Shown here: in pieces, positions 50,220-61,200 of the stretch
Position numbering within the stretch: the stretch's first letter is position 1
Layout of the letters: each line of letters opens with the position of its first letter
Notes under the pieces: model-generated
Databases searched by the model: none
Told to the model about the DNA's origin: nothing
Seen by the model: the letters and a program-made list of their open reading frames with translations, nothing else
Origin: Seison nebaliae
Taxonomy: Eukaryota
Length of the DNA stretch: 64,000 nt
Reading direction: 5' to 3'
Assembly (NCBI GenBank): GCA_023231475.1
Contig: JALJEE010000556.1
Coordinates: 1 to 64,000 of the forward strand
Made by a program: the position numbers and the translations under genes

Positions 50220-52214
50220 CTTCCTTGTAGTACATCCACTACAGCATTCAATTCAGAAATTTGAAAAATATATTTGTGAAATGTTTCAAACTTAAGCTTT
50301 AACCATTGAAAGTAGTTATCAAGATGTTTTTAATTTATCAAACTTGAAATGAATAAGGTTTTGGTTTTATATTAAAGAAAAAAGAAAAAAAGAAATCCAT
50401 TAAAAAAGAGGATGAAAGGTTTCTTTATCAAACATATTGACTGGACACTCAATTAATATTAAGTATTCGAATTAAAATTTTATTAAATTTCCTCACAGAG
50501 AATTTGAACTGATTCCATTTCTTTTTATGAGGTACATTTCTATGAAGGATTTGAAGGAGTATTTTTTAAATACAAATTATTATTTTTTAGTAACGGAACA
50601 TTGGCTAGGAGTGAATATGGGAAATTTTCTTTACTTAATTCGTGAATAAACATTCGTTTTCTTCAAGAGGAGAAACTTTCTTTTATTTTTCTTGAGTATA
50701 TAGATGAGCATATCCGAAATGTATAAGTGTATGTTATCTTTCCACAGTAAATTTATTGATTAATCTCAAATCATTCATATCAGTTCTCTTATATTATTCA
50801 CAAATTGATGAAAGTATTTTGTTGTTTTTCTCTTTTTTTCGCTGTGCACTTAACCAATAATTCTGTGAGTATGAGAATTTTTTTGATTTGTGGTAAACAT
50901 TTCTAGAAAAAGATAACAAATCTTTATCGTCGATAGATCAATCAACGGATTTCTCAATCTACCTCGTTGTTCGTTCATCGCTTTAGTTTGTCGATTGATA
51001 TGACCATTCCATTTTCCCATTTCGGAAAATGTACTTCTTTTAAAACAGAAAGATCTCTCACTTCTTACACCAGATCTACGTTTACAAATGATTATGTAAT
51101 TATCTGTTTAAAATGAACATTTATTTTATGGAATGATATGTATTCATTTGCTCTATCAACAGTTACGTAGTTGTCTCATTTTAGTAATAAAACTTACAAT
51201 AGTTAGTAATAATAACATATAAAAGCGCCACTTAACAATTCCATATAAATATCATAATTATCAATTTTTATTTCTTTCTTAACTCGTGCTAATAATCATA
51301 ATAATACACATATACATTTATTCTTCCATTAGGTGAAAAGTAAATAGAAGAAGAAACATTTACTCCATATCGAACGATATGGTTGTGAAAGCTGTATCAG
51401 CAGATAAATTAAAAAAAAATTTTCTGGTCATTAAATATTGTTTGTTAGTTGAAATGATACAGATAATCTACAAGAGCAATCATTTAAAACATTTATCTGA
51501 TGAAGATTATATGTGTGAATACCTTGGTGAATTTTTTAAAGAATAATTTTAATAATTTCAATTCGATTAAGAATACATTAACTTAAATAATTAATCTTGG
51601 GTATTACAGTCTAATATTGATAAATAACGAGTGAAAGATGTGGAATGGAAGAATGGGAATTCTTCTAAAGATGATTAGTGGTGGAAGAGGAGAACCACTT
51701 AATGTATCACCAACTACCATCAGAACACTTTAACGTTAATTGAATTACTTTATGATATCCGCCATGTATTGATAGGAAATATCCAATGCTTTAATTCATT
51801 TCCGACAACGTAAAAGTTTATTTATTCTCTGAAAAATAAAAAACATACTCCACGACCCACAATTAATCGATATATGTACCATATCGATATGCTACAATAC
51901 AGTATAATGTATTTGTGATGGGAAAATGATTGAGTAAATTTATGTTCATTTTTTTCTTAACATTCCAATAGATTTCAATTAAAATGACAAATAATATTGG
52001 GGAAAGGTATGACAAATTATTGAACGAATGAATTAATGACAATCCGTTATCTTATCATTGAATTAATTTCTAGTGCATTGTATTGATGCATAAAGTTGAT
52101 AGGAGAATAATTAATTGGATGAATAATCCGGAATGAATTTGTTTCAAATACAAATGAATGAAATTGATGATAGAACAACAAATAGCAAGATTCTATTCTT
52201 TCAACTGATTCATA

Positions 52215-55200
52215 ATGAATCGAATAAACAATTACTGTTTTGTGAATTTAATGATAATTTTCTCCATTCTATTCCGGACAACATTCGCCATCATCTATTT
52301 ATTTAATAATACCAATACGATGTTAGAACAATATGGAGAATTTGAGATAAAGGAATTTAATACATTTATAAAAAAATATTCTTTTAATATTTATCTGTTC
52401 TCCAAGAACGACGGATTAATTCTTTATCAACAATTTGAAGAAAACTATTTAATGATATTCATCAAAAACAATTTATTACAATTCCATTCATTTATGAATG
52501 AGAAAGGTTTCATATCATTAATCGACGGAACTAATAAACAACATAAAAATAATTCAATGTTCGGCATAAGTACACATAAATGGTATCATGTCCAATTAGA
52601 ATATAATGAGCAAATTTTTATTTTTAAAGTTGATGGAAATAAGAAAGAATATAAATATCATAATAATTATGAGACGAATTCACAAAACATTCTCGAGCGC
52701 TATAAACAAGAGCAAGATAAAATGAGATATATCGGTAGTTTACCTTTCCGATATCGTTATTATTCCCCGTCAGAAATACGAATACCAAGTGCACTTTATC
52801 TATCATCATTTATCGGCCTGATAGAAAATGTGCTAGAAAGTCGGTTTGAAAACGGACTTTATCGATGGAGGAAATGGGAAGAAAAATATTTGAAAAATAT
52901 CCAAACTTATCCTCAACCAAATGCTTGTATTAACGATACCTATTGTGAAAATTATGGAATTTGTGTAAATAAATTTAGCAAGAACTATAACTCCTTATTA
53001 GAGCGCCCTCGTCCATCATGTCAATGTGATAAGTACCATTATACGGGAGACCAATGCCGAACACGTTATTATAATTTTCCTATTCAGTTCTCATCATTTT
53101 TCATTTCACATTTTATTTCAAGTAATTTTCTCGTTTTCGAGATTTCATTCATGAAGTTACTATTCATTCCTTCATAATCTATAGATTTATGAGGTCAAAT
53201 AAAGAAAAAAAACTGTTCGAATTGAAGCAGTTGAACTGTTCAGATAACCAAACATCAAAAAAATTAGAACTAAAAATAAAAAGGGATGGCACTATACAAG
53301 ATCATAAGGAATTATAAGGACATATCCGATGTCGAATTTGGTGTAGTGTAGGAATTTCATAGATTAATAATTTACGAGAAATGAAAGGATTTGATTAGTT
53401 TAAATTATATAGAATTATTAAGCGAGTAGAACTGTTCTACAATGGTTTGATTGATTAAAATATTTATAATAGTTTCTTTTTATTTCGTATTACTATTTGT
53501 AATATGTATTTTTTTTAATAGGAAAAAATGGAGAAATCTTAAGTAGCCGAAACATCAACGGATTATTAATAAAAGAGAGATTCTTAACATTTCATCAAAA
53601 TCACACATTAACATATCAACGACTAATCATAGAATTTCGAACAATTGAACAAGATATCATATTTTACGAAACAAGTTAAATTCTGTTTGATTTTAGGAAA
53701 AATAATGAATGATTGTTTTCTAAAAATTTCGCAGGATTATCGCCATCATCGTCATCCGTTTCTTTTGGATTTGTTAAGTTTTCGGTGGAACTCATTAAAT
53801 CGCAGTTGGCTCTTTCGTGGTATAATGAGAATGGAAAGAAGAATATACATCGAATTTCTACTTCTCATCTTAACGACAATTATTGGCATAAAGTAAAAAT
53901 GAGGAAACATTATAATAAATTATACTTGTATATCGATGGCAATTTGGAACTTGAGAAGGATTCGCTAACAGATAATCAATCATTTCTATATCTAGGGGAT
54001 TGCATATTATTAAGGAAGGAGATTCCTGTTATCACAGGAACATGCCTTCGAACTCTACGATACGAGGGAGAGTTAGGAAATAAAGATTTCTTGCAACTAA
54101 TTCAATCGGATGATTATCCCGATTCGAAAGAATACAAATTTAGTTATTTTTGTGAATATCCTACGCATATTCTTCCTCTTCAATTTAGTGAAGATAAAAG
54201 TTATTTGAGAATTCCAATAAAAAAATTTGGTTTATCAAAAACATTCTCAGAAATTATTATAAAATTTACTTTTCGAACACTCAAACCAAACAGTCTCATG
54301 CTTTTTATGGAGTTAAGACAATTCAATTTAACAATCGAAATATTTAACGGATTTCCTATACTGTTCATTCAATCTTCCTATCTACGATCACCGCATGCAT
54401 TATATTTGTTTCATTCTCATCAGAAACCATTGAACGATGGAAGTGAACATAGAATTTTTATGAATATTTCTCAACATTCATTTATTTGGTCCATCGATCA
54501 TCATCCTTCTAACCGCCAATTAATTCATCTCGTTCATTTCAACCACAATCGTTTTAGAAGAATAATTTTTGGAATGAAGGAAAAAGAATCTTCGTATGTT
54601 TTGGAAAGATATGGCACTTTCGACGGATGTCTCTCTCATGTACAAATTCAAAAAAGATCGATCGATTTATTTGAAATAATGAAAAATGATATTTCTAATT
54701 CGAATCATCTTCAAACATTTTGTTCGCCTGATAAAAAAACGAATGAAAAGTCATTTTCTGAAAATAAGAAAGTTATTGGGAAAGATGATGAAGATAAGAA
54801 ATTATTAGGAATACAATTCATGTTGATGAATATTCAAATGTTTACTCGGAAACATGTTCTTTATTCCAATAACAATTTGATAAGGAAGAAAATGAGAAAA
54901 CAAAATGAATGCTCACATCAATTTCAATGTCAGAATTTCGGAAATTGTCATATTCGATGGGATGGATATTTTTGTGATTGTACACAAACTCCTTTCACTG
55001 GTCATACATGTGAGCAACCGACATTAATCATCAATTTGAAGAAAGGCGATGGAATGAAATTCGAAATAACAAATTTGAAATATGTGCTCAATATCGTCAT
55101 AAATTTTTTTACAAAACTTCATCGTCCACAGACACTGTTACAAATAGTTAGTAAATCCGGCACGTTAATTGTCCAATTGGAACGAAATCAAGTCATGTTG

Positions 55201-58200
55201 ATTTTCCTGAAGAATAATCCCGAAAGTCAACGAAGAATATTTTATTTTGGGAAGGCACTACTTCTTAACGGTCTTTGGCAAAGAATTGAATTGAAATTTT
55301 TAAATCGATATCTCCATGCACAATTAAATAATGAAAATATTGTGAAATGTTATTAATTTTATTATTTTACAATAATTATTTCGTATAATTTTGAAGGTTT
55401 GATAAATCACACGTTACTCTTCCAAATCTCAACTATCGTTTTAGGTGGAGAATTCCAAGAAAAGAAATTTCAAGTTTTCAACTCTTCTTTTTTAGATTAT
55501 ATTAATTTGAAAATTATAGGGTAAAATCAGGAACTTCTTTATAAATTCTATCGATTTCTTAAACGGTTATCATCTGAACCCATATGTCGTTGAACGAGTG
55601 ATTGTAAATGCAACATTTGAACAAAGATCAATTATGGAAGAAAAGGATATTATTAGTTTTAGAAAAGATCGGAGAACATTAAATGATTTGGAGGGAACTG
55701 ATTTGTCTATCGTCAAAGTTCCATTCGGCAATTATTTGTTTACACCGTTAACACATTTATATTATACTTTCCGGTTGAAAAGTGGAAGAAGATTGAATAA
55801 TAATGAATGTGAAGTAATCTTTCTTCATTTGACGTCAACTGATAAATTTTTATTTATACTTCTCTGCTCAAACAATCAATTATTGATTATAACAAAAATA
55901 AAGAATGAATTAATTTCATTGAAAACACATAATAAATTACTGAGGAAAACGTCAGAGAGAAGAATGGAAGAAGTATTTCTCTTCAACAAATGGATCAGCA
56001 TTTCCATCAAATGGAATTGGGAGGGTCACATCCGATTAATGATGGATGGACATGAATACGACACGTATGATTTTCCGCTTTCAAAATCGAACGATACACA
56101 AACGAAAGTCAATTCGATATCTACATTAGACAATAGAGTATCAGCAATTTTATATAACAAATTTAAACGGAATAAAATCATCAAATATTTCCCTCAACTC
56201 TTTTTCGGTAATGTACTTACTCGATATTTGAGAACGTCATTAAAACTCAATTACTTTTTTTCTCAATTCCAATTATATCAATTTACCGGTTGCATCACTT
56301 CGTTCTACATAAACGGTTATTCAATAACATCGAAAAATTTCATATCGAATTATATAATCGATGAACATTGTTCTCTAACTCCTATAAAATTAATAACGAT
56401 TTGTCACAATTGTCATCATGGAGGTAAATGTGTTAATGGTAATTGTGATTGTATAATGACGACGTTTGAAGGGAAGGATTGTAGTGAATTGAGTATTGGC
56501 TTCACATTTAATGAGAATCATGATGTTAGAACAACCAAACATCTCAATGGTTACATCTCTTACAATTTCACTGATTTACCAAGCAATTTTGAATTGAATT
56601 ATCAACCGTACTGGTGGAAACCGCTAAATGGAATTGTCACTCATTTGATCAGTTTTGGTATTGTAACATTTCAAACTAATACGGCGGTCATTCTACAAAT
56701 GATTGATAAAAATTCGAACGAATTCTTATTCATTCAAATGAGAAGTGGTTATCTAATATTGACGTACGGTATTGTTCGTCTGAAAAATGGACATCATGTA
56801 CTTTCACATACATGTCAAATATTTTATCAAGATCAAAAAATAAATGACGGAATTTATCACGTAGTCCGAGCAGAAATTACAATGGAGAAATGTCGAATGC
56901 AAATTGATAACAAAGAAATATTTATAGAGAATAATTATTTTTCAGCAAACAATTATTCGACTGCTCAACCTAAAACACGATATTTAATTGTCGGCATGGA
57001 AATCATCCGTTTATTACATAAGACTGATAATCATCAAGAGTCGATGAATCATTATTTCCAAGGAAAACTATTCGGTTTTATTTGGAATTCTTTAAGGTTG
57101 GTTGATCAATTATATATTATAAATATGAGTTTCCTCTTTGGATTATCACTATGTAATTTGGTGATTGTACTGTTCATGTACAATATCACTGCAATTTGTG
57201 CATTATTCATACATTAGTTATGTAAAACACCTGCATCGAATTTATGCCTCCAATTATATTAATGACTGTGAGGATAAATTTTTTCTTTAAATTCTTCATC
57301 GCAGTCTGATTTCACTTGTACATGTGAACTGAAAATGACATTTACTTTAGAACTGCCCTTCCGACTACCAGACTTCCTAATACCTTTAGTAGGCTTTCGT
57401 TTATTCTTTGCAATAGGGTTAGAATTTGTTGGAGACTCTCCACAATTCGTTTTACTAATCGTAGGTGAGCCCATACGGTTTAATTTATCAGTTGTTGGGG
57501 AGTCGTTCGAGATTGGTGAGTAAGTAGTAGGAGATTGTTTAGATGTTGGTGAATAAGTTGCAGAAGATTCTTTAAATTTCTGATATTTAAATTTCGTTGG
57601 AGTATTAATAATTATTGGTTGAACATTTGTTGGTGAGTAGATAGCTTTTGGATGATTATCTAACGGAGAGTCGATAGATTTTGGTTTCATGTTTGTTGGG
57701 GAGTGAATAGGTTTTGGTTGATGATTTATCGAGGAGTAATTAGGTGTTGGTTCAACACTTGTTCGCGAGTAGATAGCTTTTGGTTCAATATTTGATGAAG
57801 ACTCACTAGATTGTGATTTATAAATTTTTCGGAAATCTTTGCATTTCGGTTTAGAAGTAGCTTGGGAGTCACTACATTTCGATTTACAAATTGTTCGAGA
57901 TTCAGTACATTTGAGTTGACAACTTGTCCGCGAATTTGTACATTCAGGTCTACAGCTTGATTGAGAATTACTATGTTTAAGTCTACAACAGGTCCGAGAA
58001 TTAATACGTTTGAGTTGACAACTTACTCGGGAGGTACTACGTTTGGGCTTACAGCATGTTCGAGAATTACTACGTTTCAATTTACAACTTGTTCGAGAAG
58101 TAGTACATTTAGGTCTACAAGTTCTTTGGAAATCGCATCTAGAATTTGAAGTATGTTTTGGTCCAGAAAACAAACAGTTGGAAGTTTGGCCGTCGCATAT

Positions 58201-61200
58201 GTTATAAAAGAAATGAGTATTATTTTCTGGATTATAATTTTCGCAATAATGATTAGAAATACCTTTAATCATGAATCCAAAATACGGATATCTTGGACAT
58301 TCGTCTAAAATGTGATTGGCAGATCTATCAACTACCGATTAATATAATGTTAAGTATTTCTAAGACATGGATTTAACTAGCGACAAATGGTGTTTTCCAA
58401 TGACCATTTGATTGGAATGCTGAATTGTAGCATTGGGATTTATGTTTGAACATTAATCGTAAGATAAAATCGAAATGAAGAAATTAAAAGTTGAAAACTG
58501 AATTACTAAAGATAGATTTTATTAGACAATTTCAATTTCTATACGTATCGATTAATTAAGGTCATACTTCTATCTGCTCGAATTCCTCATAAGCGGCATC
58601 GATTGGTGGTAGAGTTTTCATCTCAAACTTTGTACAAAAGAGTGGAGGTAAGTCTTTGGGTCGCTCCTCATCCTGTCGTACAACGCGTGGACATGCTTTG
58701 GGATTATGACCACCTATCTCCTCATCAAACTCCTCATATTCCCCCATAGTTCAGTTAAGAGTTTAGTTTGTAAATGGAAAATTAGACAACGAAGAAAATT
58801 AACGAAAAATAAAAACGAAATTTCTTTTGAGTTAAGTGAATAGTTAACTATTTAATCCGTTTTCTCTTTCTTACATATCAAACATGAGGTGAAATACAGT
58901 ACTGGCGTTAACAGTACATTGAGATAACTCATTAGTCTGCTGACCAAAGTATAACTTTGTTCGACATTGCCAGCTAATAGTGTCGGTGCCAACCAACTAG
59001 CAGATACCTCATTTTCTGATGATGCTTTCTTCTGGGCTATCGAATGAGTGATATGACTCCTATGAGAAGCTATGGTATTTTGTCCAAAATCAGTATTTTG
59101 CGTTTGGAAAGTTTCGGGGAATAAATGTCCAACTTCTTCATCTTCTTTTGCCATGCTTTTCTTAACTAATGCGTCTTGTGAAGTTTTGTATTGTGAAGTA
59201 TTAGGAGTAATATTCGAACTGGTATGTTGGGACGTTCGCAAGTTACTGTTTATTAAGGAGGATTTTTTCGTCACAATAGTAGGCTGAACACTCGGGGATT
59301 TTGGAGGACAGATATCTGAATAGAATTTTTCTGATCTACTCTTCTCGAAAATACTTGTGGGTTTATCATCCTTAATCGATGCAGTATTATCTCCCTGACT
59401 ATATAAATTTGCCGTTTCAGTTTGATCGGTGTGAAACAGTCGTCCCTTACTACTACCGTTGTGACTGTTCGCCTGAATATTATTGACGTTGAAAGAGCCC
59501 TCGAAATTCTGTCCACTTTTCGTCGATCTGTGCATGATGGTGGATGGTCCCATTGTACAAACAACCTCACCTCCATCCTCCTCACAGAAATTACATAACG
59601 TCCTCCCAAACTTACAAGTCACTAGAAATACGACATATTTGATGGTTTTGATGAAGCAAAAAATAATAGCTATTATTTTGCAAAAAATTCTTGAAAATAA
59701 AGATGGTCCACAATCCGGTTGTTTTCCCGATGTTCCTTTTGATTCTGAACATCTTTCATTTGTTGGAGTGGGCACAGTGTTTCGCACTGATTGTTCGTTA
59801 CTGCAACATCTACGTCGTCTACAACAACAATCTCTACATTCAGTTCTTGGAGAACAAACTTGGAGAATGAAGTTGTACAAACAGTAGCTATAACCGTACA
59901 AGGAAGATATGAAGCCGATGAGTGCAAAGTAACCGAGAGAATAATTGAGAAAGTAAATAATGATTTTATGCATGATGGAGGGAATGAAAGATAGAAAACA
60001 TAAAATGAAATTTGAATTATTTGAATTCCTATTATATCGTATCCATCCAACTCCTTCTTAACCTATTCGTATTCTCGAAAAAAGGAAAATAATTTTCAAT
60101 TTTTCACTCAAAACTAATATTGACTTAATGATAATCCTTCTTATTTCTCATTATCCGTCGGATGGTTAATGACGCACTAAATATTAAAGATGTGCATTAA
60201 AGTTGAATAGTGTAGTTAATCGCTTTCCACTGATGATAATCACATAATGAAAATTGAACAAATACTAAAAAAAAAAATAAGTGCAAGTGCACGAGTGAAA
60301 CGAAGGAGAGAATATTTTGGACATTATTTTTTTCTTCTTTATCTCACAAAATTGATGTGAAGTTTTAGGTTATTCCATTCTATTTATTATTTCCTTATAT
60401 AGTGGAATTATTGAATATTTTCATTTGGTTGACGAGTAACTAAATGCCTATGGCTCAGAAGAATTTCCTTCCGTATTTATCCACCTTACTCTTTATCCTA
60501 CCTCTCTTTTTAGCACCAATTGTTTTATTAAACAAATTCATAAATAATAATTCTCTAATCTCTCCATATAAATTGTGTCATTTATTCCCATTCTATAAAA
60601 CATATATTCGTCAGTCGGTTGATTCATTCTTTTTCAATATTTAGATTACTAAATTTGGCAGGAGCGAATGATGAAACACATTCCATCTCATTGTATGGTG
60701 ACGTCATAATATCAACACAATCGATTGGGGAGTTTAATACGAATATTTCTCATCTTCCTTCATCTATATATTCTCTCATTCTTTCTTCTCTTATTCAGAT
60801 TCAATTTGGCAAATTATCAATCAAATAATGTTAGTTTTCACTGTAATGAGAAGTTTGGTGTGATGGATGGGAAGTGGAAAGAATTCAATTAGAAAAGGAA
60901 AGGAATAAAAAGTAATCACATGAACATAATCATATTCTAATCACAAGGTTGTGTCTATGATGATTATTAGAGGGATTGTAACAATCTCGGCTAGTTCATC
61001 GGATTAATAATTTTAGAGCATCATCCATTTCCATGAGAAGAAGTGATGGAAATTGCATTAATTTAATGAAATAATGTACATTCATTCATTCCTTCTCTCT
61101 CGGACTAATTCATTGTTAGAGAGCTTCCAATCCTGAACATGTGTGAAGATAGACGATGTTCTTAGTTTTCCTTCCGAAAACTATTAAGGAATCGTATGAC

